Source: Mytilus edulis
Lineage: Eukaryota
NCBI RefSeq assembly: GCF_963676685.1
Contig: NC_092344.1
Location: 102,114,001-102,178,000 of the forward strand
Reading direction: 5' to 3'
DNA length: 64,000 nt
In this document: piece after piece, positions 25,162 through 37,749 of the stretch
Numbering within the stretch: position 1 is the stretch's first letter
How the letters are laid out: each line of letters opens with the position of its first letter
Translations under genes and position numbers: made by a program
The notes under the pieces: generated by a model
Seen by the model: only the letters and a program-made list of their open reading frames with translations
What the model was told of the DNA's origin: nothing
The model's database searches: none

Positions 25162-25517
25162 GTAATGCTTCTCATGTTTTAACCTTAATTATTAAACTTC
25201 ATTCTCTCTGATTTCTATATTGTTGACAAACATGACAAAAAAAAAGGATTTTCTTTTGAAAACATAATCTAATTATGAAATCTTTGTTAACCGTTAGTTA
25301 ATTTGTATGGTGCATTTTTTACCCTATTTACATGTGTTCTGCAAGAAACTGTAGTGTTTTTTTGAGATTTTTATTTATGCCCCCTGCCATAGTAAAGGGG
25401 ACTCTCAGTGTTATCCTTGTCTTTTCGTCTGTCCTGTATGTCTATCCAGAAAATCCCCCAAATTGGTTTCTGTTCTCTAATTTTAGTTTACCTCAACTAA
25501 ATGTTAGAAAACCTATA

Positions 25518-25606
25518 CCGTATTCGGCCGTGTATAGTACGCATTTATGTATAGTCCGCACCCCCTTTCCATCCCCTTAAAATCGAGAAAAAAAGTTTTT
25601 TTTACA

Positions 25607-25640
<34 letters not shown>

Positions 25641-26355
25641 GCCTAGTTCAGTGTAAAAGTCCATTGAATGGGACCTATTCTCAATGTATTTTATAAAAAA
25701 AAAAATTGTTTTATTTATTTCATGAAAAATAATGAAATGGTAGAGCTTTTCATCAGGTAATTAATATTAAATAATTTTATAAAAGTAGTTATTAATCAAA
25801 AGATCCCTGTTAAAATCAACATTTGTCTAAGTATCTCCAAGCTGATATAATATAACAAAAATAATTTGAATATTTTGGAACAAAAGAAAAAAGAGATCAA
25901 ACATTTCTCTAAATTAATTAGCTGTAATCAAAATGTTAAAACTATTTAATCTTATATAATCTTTTCATTGATCATGTTGTTTTTTTGCCTGGGATTATAA
26001 TATGTAACACCTTTCAAAACTTGACATCATTATTTAATTGCTACACACCCATACTTAATCCTTAATTACCCCACTTGATTACCTTTGCAGGATGTAACAC
26101 CTTTACTTTGAATAATCAATTTTGAAGAGAAAAGTTAAAAAAGAATAAAAGAATAAGAATTAAATGAAATAAATATAATAAACGTCTCCAATATACATTA
26201 TTAATGCAAAAAAAACGAGATTAAAAAAAAAAAAAAAAAAAAATTTTTTTTTTATAAAATTTCAATAACCGTCTATAGTTGTGTATAATCCGCACCCCTT
26301 GTACAAACTACATATTTAAGGAAAAAAAGTGCGGACTATACATGCCCAAATACGG
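25518..26355. mobile_element. Tc1/mariner-pogo-type MITE nested in an older HINE-like repeat
   Basis: TA|CCGTATT..GTATAGT..CGCA / TGCGGACTATAC..AATACGG|TA; interrupts the host motif CTATA|CACAATGC..ATTACCACAAAAC also seen at ~19050, 22770, 29660 and 29860. Confidence 0.8.
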
Positions 26356-27774
26356 TACACAATGCCGATTACCACAAAACATAGATCGAGTATGAAATTG
26401 TGTGGCTTCACTTATACTGTTCGTGAGTAATGCCCCTATTTGTACCAAGTCAAGAATATGACAGTTGTTCATTCTTTTGATGTGTTTGAGCTTTTGATTT
26501 TGCCATTTGATTAGGGACTTTCCATTTTGAATTTTCCTCAGAGTTAAGTGTTTTTGTGATTTTCCTTTTTTTTAAACATAAAAATTTTGGATTATTTTGT
26601 TTTTCGTTATCTTACTTTAGTTTGACTCAACCGAATGTTATATAACTTATACACATTGCTTATTACCTCTAAACACATATCAAGTTCGTATGGGGTGGTG
26701 TAACTTTTACCATTCTAGAGTTATGCTGATTTTTTGGAAAATGACGCAGTCATTGTTCCATAACTGCCGACCTGAACTTCATTACATTTCTCTGCCTACC
26801 GCGCTTGGTTTCGTATTTCCTATTTTCCATACAAACTGGAATCTGCTTGTGTTATCATTATGCATCATTGTGTAGTATTAAATCAGCCAGGACCCAGTTT
26901 ACACTGGTTTTTGCTTGTATTCCACTACACCCGAACAAAGTGTTGTAGTTTGACGGGAACCAGTTTTAGAATTTGTAAACTACAAAACGTAATCGGTTAT
27001 TGTTCATTCCGTTTTGGTGTTTCATACCGACTTATATGGTTTGAATAAGCTAAAGACCCTTCAAACATTAATGTGATAGGTATATTAAAGATTGTTTTAC
27101 AAAAGGATTGAACTGTTTTACTTTCAAAGTCGTACTATAGGGATATCTGTCATATACGGATTTCCACTCTCACCGGATAATTTCTTCTTTTACACGTGCT
27201 TTGGAAACTTCCTGTTTAATCGCAAGTTTTAAAATTGTTTTTGAGTGAATTAAACTTATTTTAACAATCATGAAGCGTTCCAGAATCATTTTAAAGCAGT
27301 TTCTTCTTCTCTTTGATGATGGAAAATAGGTTTTCTCAAGAAAATACCGCAAACGATCGCAGAGGAATTGAAACGTACAAGTCAAGTCGGCACCTGGTTA
27401 AATTGGCATCTAGTCAAATCGGCACCTATTTGACGTCAATTCGGCATCCAATAATATTTGTTATAATATTTTCTATTCAATTAATTAATTACTGTTACCA
27501 AGTACATAGTGAATATGTTGTTGTGTATTTTGGTAAACCACGAAACGAAAGTGAATATGTAGTGTATAAAGGTAAACAACGAAGCCCTTACCAAAGCTGT
27601 TGTTTTAACAATTAGACAATTTGTGTAATTGTAAAAACAAGTCAATTATTAAAATAAAATGGAAAACTATGAGTCCCTTTCAATAAATCAAACTTTCATG
27701 CCAAATAATTAGCAAATTTAAGGTGTTTGTTTTTCAGTAAAGTTTAAACAGCATTAAACCAACAATCCTGTAAA

Positions 27775-27973
27775 TAGCTGCGGTATCGTAGCTCTTTAGG
27801 TCCTTTTGTTATTTTTTTACTATTTGCGGACCATAGATCTATGGTCCGCAAATAGTAAAAAAATAACAAAAGGACCTAAAGAGCTTTTTTTACTATTTGC
27901 GGACCATAGATCTATGGTCCGCAAATAGTAAAAAAATAACAAAAGGACCTAAAGAGCTACGATACCGCAGCTA
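27775..27973. mobile_element. Fully palindromic foldback MITE with duplicated centre
   Basis: TAGCTGCGGTATCGTAGCTCTTTAGGTCC... mirrored; AGATCT centre present twice; 9-bp TSD TCCTGTAAA. Confidence 0.85.
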
Positions 27974-28032
27974 TCCTGTAAAATGCTCAACTGGTTAAAA
28001 TAATGCAGAAAAATACACAATATCTCATGTAT

Positions 28033-28209
28033 TAGTCCAAATAATTATGACGTCTGGCAAGGCTATTTTATTATTTTTCTGGGACGCCTTCCTACGACGT
28101 TCGTAGGAAGGCGTCCCAGAAAAAAAATTAACATAGCCTTGCGGTCATAGGAAGGTGTTCCAGAATTAAATTAAAAAAGCCTTGCCAGACGTAATAATTA
28201 TTTGGACTA
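28033..28209. mobile_element. Palindromic MITE
   Basis: TAGTCCAAATAATTAT.ACGTCTGGCAAGGCT TIR; internal hairpin TCTGGGACGCCTTCCTACG / CGTAGGAAGGCGTCCCAGA; flanks CTCATGTAT / CTCATATAT (8/9). Confidence 0.8.
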
Positions 28210-28611
28210 CTCATATATATATATATCATTAAAAATACACCAAAAAAGTCATTAGTTGAGAAAAATAAATATATACAAAATGTACATGAACACCCAAAAA
28301 TGTGAAAGTTAGTATTTAACTCTTTTTGCTTAAATACTGAAAAAAATTCTGGCAACCCCTTTCTTATTTTTACCCTATTGCTTAAAATACTGTTAAAAAT
28401 ATATATTTAACATGGGTGACTAATTGACTATATCAGGTGTCGATTTTAACCAGGTGCTGATTTGTCCAGGTGCCAATTTAACTAGGTGCCAGTTTGACTA
28501 GAATTCTTTGACAAATGTTTGAAACTATCTGAGTTTCATTAGACCTTTGATAGCAGTAACAAAAAGATTATTTACTAAATATTTTGTGGGAGAAGGGGGT
28601 TCAGACTGTGT

Positions 28612-29333
28612 GGTATCAGGTCTGTTTGTGCCCAATTCATTTTCGCACCCTACACGTTCGCACATTCACACTCCACTCATTCGCGCCCAATTTTAATTCA
28701 AATTCAAGTTGAATAATTGGAAAATCATGGTTGTTGTTTTAAATTGCTTTGGTGTAAATACTGAATGTATTTATAGCTTGGTATGAGTAAAACATTGAAG
28801 ATTTTAAAGGAAAAAACACAAAAGATAATTGTTTTTAACAGCTTGGTCCCATTGATCTGAAACAACGAAACAATAAAACATAGAAACCAAAATATAGCAA
28901 TCCACTATAAATATAACCAAAACATGATAAAATTTATTCAACACGCAGAAACAAACATAGTCAGAATCTCACTTCATTTTGAAACAAGTCAATGAAACAA
29001 GTTATAGCAATACACTAACCAAAACATGATTAAGAGTTATTCAACACAAAATAAAACGTTGACAAAATACCACTTTATTTAGAAAGGATTATTATTATTT
29101 TTAGCAATACCTTATCCAAAACATGATTAAGATTTATTCAACACAAAAAAAAAATTGCTGTCTCACTTTATTTTGAGACAATGACAACAATTATACTTAT
29201 AAGAAAACACTTGCTTACAGAGTTATTAAACACAAAACCAATTAAGATTAGTTGCGAACATGTAGGGTGTGAAAGTGAAAGGGGTGAAAATGAGTGGGCG
29301 CAAACGTGAATGGAAGCGAACGGACCCAGATTC
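28612..29333. mobile_element. Mutator-like MITE
   Basis: Sub-repeated TIRs (TTCGCACCC / GGGCGCAAA); flanks AGACTGTGT / AGACTATGT (8/9); internal CCAAAACATGAT..TTATTCAACAC repeats. Confidence 0.7.
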
Positions 29334-30089
29334 AGACTATGTACCAGTGAGAAATATACAAGCCTTTCTACGGTATTTATTTGTACAATTCAGCTAGTCT
29401 TGACCTATTCATTTGTCTTAAAAAACCAGCCAGTTGTCACATTCACTTCACACACACACACATATACGAATATCAATTATATGCTCACGATACATGTTGC
29501 ATTGTTAAACTAATTACGGTATGTGAAAATCAAGACTTGCATAAAAACTATCCCAATATTAGAGACAGTGGCGTCATTTTTCTTCAGAGCTTTCAGCTCT
29601 TTGATTTTTCATTTCCATTCTATAACTTAAGTTGGTCTCCAACAAATGCTATGAAACTTACACACAATGCTTTATTACCACAAAACACAGATCAAGGTGG
29701 AATTATGGTGGTATCACTTAAATCGTTTCAGAGTAATGCTCATTTGCTAAGGGAAAAACTGCTGATTTATTTTTTTTCAATTTTATACAGAAAAGCCTAT
29801 CAGATCATTTACCTTTAGATATACTGTTCCCAGCCTAAACCAAATGTAATGAAACTTATACACAATGCTTATTACCACAAAACTCAGATCAAATTTGGGT
29901 AGAGTCATTATACCATTCTTTAGTTATGTCCCTTTATAACTATATGCTATGCTAGTGATGGCATCATCTGTGTCCTATGAACACATTCCTGACTTATAAA
30001 AAATCACAAATTTTGAGAAATTTCTGAATGCAAGGATTTCAACAAAAATTGATACAGTGATGTAATTACATGTTTTTCCCTTTTACAAG

Positions 30090-30214
30090 GTGCATCTTGG
30101 TATATGTATTGGATGCCAGGAGAAGTTTGAAGACAGAAAAGCTTTAACAGACCACATGCATGAGAAGGGCCACACACATGTGATACCTGATCTGTTGGCA
30201 TGGGATCAGCCGCA
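30090..30214 (+). CDS. ZNF277: ZNF277 exon 12
   Basis: tttacaag|VHLGICIGCQEKFEDRKALTDHMHEKGHTHVIPDLLAWDQP CA|gtaagt. Confidence 0.93.
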
Positions 30215-30613
30215 GTAAGTACATATCTTTGAGTAAAAATCAGGACCATAAAAATGTCAATATTACCATTTTGATGGCTTTGGACAAATCCTCTAATTAT
30301 TTATTCAATTCAGGTTTCAGTATTCATCGCATTTTTCCTTTCTTTTGAAACTACCAGGCATAATAGATCAAGAAAACATATGTGAAAATTTGATGTTTCT
30401 TAAAAAAAAAAGACAATTTTTAATTCTGATCAGTAAGTTTTCGATTTCCATTTTATATGAAACTATAAGGACAGCACAAATTTTCATAAGAATGATGACA
30501 CTACAAATATTCCCCAGTGCATGCTTATTGGAAGACAATTAGTTGAGATTTTAGCTGAGAAAAACACTCATTGTTAATCTATAAATATGTTCATTGAACC
30601 ACATGAAAAATTG

Positions 30614-31324
30614 ACTAGTGTCTTCTGTAAAACCAGTTATCCAATTTGAATAAAACTTGACAAAAATTATTATATGAAACACCATGTATAAAATTTCCTC
30701 CAGCATCATAAACATTGTTACAGATATCATTAATGCTTCTTAAAGGTTTTTGAAATTCCTTTTTCTGAGACTGTACAGTTGTAAACCATATATTTTCAAA
30801 CCTAACATAAATGACTATCAGAGGGCAATCTTCAAAGATTATTGCATACAGAATAGATGGCATACTTAGGAGCAGTTGGTGATACATATATTCCAATTGA
30901 TCTTTATGTAAACTCACATTATCTTCTCCTAAAATACTTGAATCTCAGTAATTGCCCTTAGGATTCCATTTTTGCTTATTATCTTGAAATTATGAAAGAT
31001 AGAGAGAAACTTTATTATGTTTCAAAAATGATCAGCAAGACTAGTTTTACAAATAAGTCTGCTGGTCAAAATTGTCAGTTTACTCTTTATTAGAGCTATA
31101 GCTCTGTGAAGCAATTTTTACCATTTTTGCGTTTTTGCCTTGTGTTTTGAGCAAAACCTTAACAAAAGTAGAGAAAAACTAAACAGATGTCAATAATACA
31201 AGATCATTAAAACAAATTTTTGTCATGAATACTATTCTGGTCTACAATATTGGTGAGCATCCTTTGTTAAATATGCACATAGACCAAGTGCTACTCAACA
31301 CATGCTCTTTAGAGCCTCTAGTTT
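30614..31324 (+). mobile_element. Old degenerate copy of the 5494-7286 HINE family
   Basis: ATATGCACATAGACCAAG...GCTCTTTAGAGCCTCTAGTTT 3' end and ATTATCTTGAA..AGATAGAGA.AAACT core shared with it. Confidence 0.6.
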
Positions 31325-31329
31325 TAGTT

Positions 31330-32910
31330 ATTTAAGGAATGACTGTAATATTTTTTCTGTCTATGAAGAAATAACATAAAAAATTTGGTGCACACTGAAT
31401 AACGCGCGTAGCGGGTTATTCAACAGTGTGCACCACATTTTTAACCGGATTTTTGTGACAAAAATGTCGGTTATTGATTTGGGGATGTACGGCGGGCGGC
31501 CGGGCGGCCGGGCGGCCGGGCGGTCGGGCGGGCGGGCGGGCGGGCGGCAATCAAATGTTGTCCGTGCATTAACTCATGAACCGTTCAACCAAAGCTTTTA
31601 AAATTTTAATATGTTATTACTGACAACTATACGAAGGTCAAGTTCAATAATGGCGATTTTGACTTTTACCGTTCAGGAGTTATGGTTCTTGAAAGGCGGC
31701 AATCAAATGTTGTCCGTGCATTAACTCATGAACCGTTCAACCAAAGCTTTTAAAATTTTAATATGTTATTACTGACAACTATACGAAGGTCAAGTTCAAT
31801 AATGGCGATTTTGACTTTTACCGTTCAGGAGTTATGGTTCTTGAAAGGCGGCAATCAAATGTTGTCCGTGCATTAACTCATGAACAGTTCAAATAAAGCT
31901 TTTAAAATTTTAATATGTTATTACTGACAACTATACGGAGGTCAAGTTCAATAATGGCGATTTTGACTTTTACCGTTCAGGAGTTATGGTTCTTGAAAGA
32001 TTGAAAAATGGAGTTTTCAGTCATGTCCGTGCATTTACTCATGAACTGTTCTACCAAAGCTTCCCAAATTTTAATATGTTGTTACTGATGACAGAATGGA
32101 GGTCAAGTTCAATAATGACGATTTTGACTTTTACCGTTCAGGAGTTATGGTTCTTGAAAGATTGAAAAATGGAGTTTCCAGTCGTGTCCGTGCATTTATG
32201 CATGAACTGTTCTACCAAAGCTTTCCGAAATTTTAATATGCTGTTACTGATGACAAAATGGAGGTCAAGTTCAATAATGACGATTTTGACTTTTACCGTT
32301 CAGGAGTTATGGTTCTTGAAAGATTGAAAAATGGTGTTTCCCGTCGTGTCCGTGCATTTTCTCATGAACCATTCAACCAAAGCTTTTGAAATTTTAATAT
32401 GTTGTTACTGATGACAAAATAGAGGTCAAGTTCCATAATGTCGATTTTGATTTTTACTGATCAGGAGTTATGGTTCTTGAAAGATCGTAAAATGGCGTTT
32501 CCATTTACGTTGTTGCATTTACTCATGAACCATTCAATCTAAGTTTTTCAAATATTTTTATTTCAAAATGTTGATACTGATGACAAAATAGAGGTCAAAT
32601 TTGATATTGATGATTTTCACTTTCACCATTCATCAGTAATGGTTCTTGTGATATTGCCAGGACACAAATAAATGTAAATAAATCCGGTTTGCTGTCGTTG
32701 TGACAGCCTCTTGTTTATGTTATTTCGAATAGACAGAAAAAATATTACAGTCATTTCTTATAATTTAATTCTAAATTCCATTTTAAACCGTAAAAAACCA
32801 TGAAAAAACGTTGATGACATCACGGTCACATGACTAAATTATGTCTATGGGTTGATAACAAAATAACATCAGCCAATCAAAAGATGCGTTACATCCAAAA
32901 TTAAATTATT
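31330..32910. mobile_element. Palindromic element split by a HINE insertion
   Basis: AATGACTGTAATATTTTTTCTGTCTAT..GAAATAACATAAA (31339-31382) pairs with TTTATGTTATTTC..ATAGACAGAAAAAATATTACAGTCATT (32714-32755). Confidence 0.7.
31439..32715 (+). mobile_element. HINE-type element with (GGCG)n microsatellite and 152/160-bp tandem array, copy 1
   Basis: TTTTAACCGGATTT start, AAATCCGGTT subterminal inverted copy, GCTGTC..GACAGC 3' hairpin, inserted in a T-run. Confidence 0.85.
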
Positions 32911-34323
32911 TTCATATGAATAGAAGAATTTGTGAGGTATTCATTAATGATGGATCAATTACTCTGCTAATTGCTGCATTGACCTGAATTTAGACTTATT
33001 CAACTTTCTGAATTAAAAGCACCTATTAATGACTCATTTTCACACTTACTTCTCAGTTACTCATGTAACTTACTTTTGTACTCATGTGCATCACTGGCTA
33101 ATTCATAGTTGTTGTTTATCCAATCATGTACACAATTGATTATTTTAATTACTGATGTTCACCACTTTTGACCATATGGTTTTTTGCAAGCACTACTTTC
33201 TGACTTTTCGAGTCATATACATTATTAGCTCATTTATTTCACTTGCCCATTATTCATAAAAAGTTGAGTTAGAAATGTACACTATGGAAAGCCATTATAC
33301 TATTTATTCTAATAATATATACAAGTTTTTATAAGATATCTCATATATTATAAGAGATATCTTATACACTAATATAAAGTTCTTTAATTTTAAAAATGCA
33401 ATGGGTGCTAATGTCCAGAGTTTAAATATTCAACAATCATCTGCTTATGAGGGCATCTGTATGTGAATAAACCATTTTAAATTACCTACTTTTGACTCTT
33501 GGAGTATGTAATATTTTTGCATGTTACTTACTTTGTGGTAGCACATTCTGGTCCTCAGTCAATAAGATCAACTAAAAAAAGTAAAATTAAATTTATAATC
33601 GTTAAAATTTGTGGGAAAAACGTAGTGTTTTCTTATGTTTTTGTCATTTAAGAAAACATGAAACAGCAAATTTTTATTTGAATGCCTGTTTAGTTTCAAC
33701 TTTTTTTATTATTCAAAATGAAAAATGGATCAGACACAAGTTTCAAACTTAGAAACATCTTCTCCAAAATCTGCTTGCCTGTGATAACACCACCCAGAAA
33801 GCATATTGAAGGACAAGGTAATGCAAGTTTTAGATGACCTTTAAAACTGAATATAAAACTACTGGCATATCACGATTACTGCAGTTCTTGATGAATTCAA
33901 AACAAATTGTCATTCTGCCCTCAATGTACATCTGTCTTTCTCATCCAAATTATTATGCAATTTACCCTCTCTAAAATCTGATTATCTGGCAATTTTAAGG
34001 TAGGGTTTTAAAAGGTATTTTTAAGGATTTTGACGGAAATAAATACATATTTAACGTCCACTTAGATTGATAAATGACTGGTTTAAATCAAGAGTTAATC
34101 CCCTTTTGTTGGTAAAATCAATGCAAGCATTTTAAATGTTCATATAATGGAAAGCTTGAAAGTAATATGTAAATCCAGAATGAAGTCTTGAATAATGATA
34201 GATTGTTTTTTGTTGTTGATTTAGAATTAAAATCACATTTCCCCTTCTTTTGGTTTCTAATAAAAAGTAGTGTGAACACATTTGTTACATGGATGAAGCA
34301 CAGAAAATGATTTATTTTGTACT

Positions 34324-34690
34324 TTAATACTTTTACTTTTACTTTTACTTTTACTTTTCTACATTGGCTAGAGGTATAGGGGGAGGGTTGAGATCTCATA
34401 AACATGTTTAACCCCGCCGCAATTTTGCGCCTGTCCCAAGTCAGGAGCCTCTGGCCTTTGTTAGTCTTGTATGATTTTAAATTTTAGTTTCTTGTGTATA
34501 ATTCGGAGTTTAGTATGACGTCCATTATCACTGTACTATTATGCATATTTTAGGGGCCAGCTGAAGGACACCTACGGGTGCGGGAATTCTCGCTACATTG
34601 AAGACCCATTGGTTCCCTTGGCTGTTGTTTGCTCTATGGTCGGGTGGTTGTCGCTTTGACATATTCACCATTTCCTTTCTCAATTTTATT
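34324..34690 (+). repeat. Abundant interspersed repeat (CCTGTCCCAAGTCAGGAGCC family)
   Basis: Related fragments at ~21590-21840, 22445-22535, 38625-38670, 56060-56340 and 60110-60450. Confidence 0.65.
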
Positions 34691-36221
34691 ACTTCCTGCT
34701 GAGTGCAAACTGTTAAAGTTTGTTGAGAAAACATGAAATTATGTCTATTTTTATATGTTTTATTGTCTATAAATACATTGTAGTATTATCCTTCTGTTGT
34801 GAGCAATTTAAGATATTTTTTTACCTTTTACAACAATATCACTTTTGAAAGTGGAGAACTAAAGTCTATTGTAAATCATCAGCAAAACCAGTCTTCACGA
34901 TAAATTTCTATCAGTCACAGACCTGATGCAGATCTTTTTTAATTCATGTACAGTTTCTATTTATCTGTTGAAAAGATTCTTTCAGGCTGGAAAGAAATAC
35001 AGGCCTTGGCTGCTGAGTTGATGGTTAAGTCGGAAGAGTGCTAATGACAAAAATTCATGGTTTCAAGTGAAGCTGTCAAAAATGTGAAGGCATAACAAAT
35101 TAGATATCTGGAAAAAAAAATTGCCATTAATGCAGTAGACTTTTTACCAAGAAATTTACTCTACAGGAACATTTCAATGCATTGTCCCCTCCAAAGGCCA
35201 TGAAACAAGAATAAATAACACAGCATGTGTCATTTGGTCTCCTGTGGAGAGTTGTCTCATTGGCAATCATACCACATCTTCTTTTTTATACAACAGGTCA
35301 GATATCTTACTAACTTATCTAAGGCCTAAACTGTAAATAAATATAGGGTTTACATCATAACATGAATATATCATTCATAAAAGTTAATTGGTAGTGCTGT
35401 GGCTCCAGTCAGATGTCATGTTGATGGTTCAGAAACATCATGGTCATGGTGATGTTCCAATGAGATTGCACTTTTCTCAGTTTTAATTATTACACATACA
35501 TGTCCTCTGTTACTCATCAAAATTCTGTAGTAACTTTATATCACAAAATTTTTATTTAACAGGACATAAAAATTCTTTACTTCAAAACCATAGACATTTT
35601 GACACTAAATTATAAATTTTATGAAAAAAGATTACAAAATGTTGATATCTTTTCTATCAATGTTTACATTAGAACACAATTTCTTTATAATTCTTTATAG
35701 AAAAAACATTGTCAGCAAAAACAAAGAACCCATTGAGATTTAAACCACCAGCATGATACAATAATGATCAAAAGGCAGATTTTTGTGGTATTTTTTATTC
35801 AAAAGTACACAGAGTTTTATTGATTTTAAATAAAAAGATCAGATATGTATTGGCACAGTGCATTCCCACATTGATAGCATTGGAGATAACGAGACTGTTA
35901 CTATTCTCCACAAGGCCTCATGTTATTAAGTACTTAAAATTCTAAACATGTAGCCTTCTCAAATTTATGTATACCTGGTTGTAAAGGTTACATATAAACC
36001 AGGGTTAAGTAGCTGTATGGGCACAGAAAGGATATATTTTATTTGTTAAAAACAAGTATTTTGTCCTTACAGATAACTTTATTTGGTAGTTTGTGAAGCA
36101 TCAAATTTCAATTTTGCAACTTGACGTTAGATAAAAATTTACTTTTTATATCAGCTTAAGCTGAGGATTCAAATTGGTAAAATTGGGGGTGTAAATAGAA
36201 AGTTTTGATTATTGCCTCACA

Positions 36222-36610
36222 CTCTAACCTATATTCTACCTACTTTTAACAGCTATCTCACATTTTGACCTACATAACTCTTACTTTTGACAGCTGTCTC
36301 ACAGTGTAACCTCTATTGGCCTCAATTTTGATGACTGTCTTACAATTTAACCTACATTACCCTTACTTTTGACAGCTGTCTCACAGTGTAACATATGTTG
36401 CCCCTACTTTTGACATCTATATTACAGATAACCTATATTATCCCTTCTTTTGACAGATACTTCACAGTTTAACCTATATTTCCCCTACTTTTGACAAATA
36501 TCTCACAGTTTAACCTATGTTGCCCCTATTTTGATGGCTGTCTCAGTTTTACATATTTTGCCCTATTTTTTACAGCTGTCCTACTTTTTAACCTATTTTG
36601 CTCTGATTTT
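36222..36610. repeat. Degenerate ~41-bp minisatellite, about 9 copies
   Basis: Unit TTTTGACAGCTGTCTCACAGT.TAACCTAT.TTGCCCCTAC. Confidence 0.8.
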
Positions 36611-37681
36611 TGTATAAAATAACATATACAAGTCATAGGTTTTTGGCAAAAAATAATTTTTGGGGATAATTAAGATTGTGTTTACACATTTAGACAACTG
36701 CTTTTGTATTTCCCCTTTTTATGTTGCTGTACCATTGACTTCTCATCATCTTCTAAAACTATGAATAAAAAGATCTTTAATTCCATTTAATTGGAAGTAC
36801 TGTACATTGTAATAGATAATGGTTAGCCATGTTGATACCACCAATAGTTCTAAATACACTGGGTATTAAAGGAAATAAAAATGTGCTTGTAGTTGTTTTG
36901 CAATTTACCATTCTACCTTAAAACTGACTTTTATAAAACAATTGCCTTTATTTTGTGATACTCCAAATTATCATAAAAGTGCATTTATTTTCAAAGTCAA
37001 CAGTTAATATGTACTTGTAGTATAAAAGGGTCATATGTTATATATGCTCCAATTAAAATGCTAGTCTGAGAGATCAAGAAACGATAAAGTTTTCCTAAGG
37101 TTTTGAATTTTATTCATATGTGTAAAAATTAACATTAATAATGGATGTTTTAAAAATACCATATTTTTATGGATTGTCTCCCTTTCATACTATAGTCTGG
37201 TCTCTAATGGAAAGAGTCATAGAGCTTTTCTGTGCAAAGTTAAAACATTAAATCTGCAATGCTTTACTTACTTAGCAGACATATTTTTCTCTATTTAGCC
37301 CTTGTGTAGCCCCTTTACATGGTATTTTAACAAAAAGTAACAGCTTTATATACATGTCATTAGTCAAAGGACAGTTAATTATATTTAATTACCAGTATCC
37401 TTTAAAAACTTAATGGCCCATATGGTCTACAAGAAGACATCTATTTTGTTTATAATTTGCATTTACAAAAGCAGCCATCTTTTAAAGTGAAGTAATAAAA
37501 AAGGTATTATGTTGATGTGCCGTGACAGGGCGTTTAATAGAACCAAGAGTGTCGCTAATGTTACGTTTACCACAATATACTTTGTTGCGATGTTTTAGGC
37601 TGTATTTATACATCAGATATAATTATTTATTTAGTAAAAGTCTGCTTCAATAGGTTGCACCTGCACATAATGATACACAAC

Positions 37682-37749
37682 ATATAATTTTATATGAGCC
37701 TCCTGCTAAGTAGAAATATAATTTTATATGAGCCTCCTGCTAAGTAGAA
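37682..37749. repeat. Perfect 34-bp tandem duplication
   Basis: ATATAATTTTATATGAGCCTCCTGCTAAGTAGAA x2. Confidence 0.85.

Larger units (their letters stand above)
27375..28506. mobile_element. MITE with 16-bp sub-repeated TIRs, hosting two nested palindromic elements
   Basis: AGTCAAATCGGCACCT-type repeats at 27380-27450 mirrored by AGGTGCC..TTTGACT repeats at 28435-28500. Confidence 0.65.

Noticed and set aside
34986-35045. Possible cryptic exon (ttctttcag|GCTGG...)
   Set aside because: Short, early stops, no similarity to ZNF277, weak acceptor
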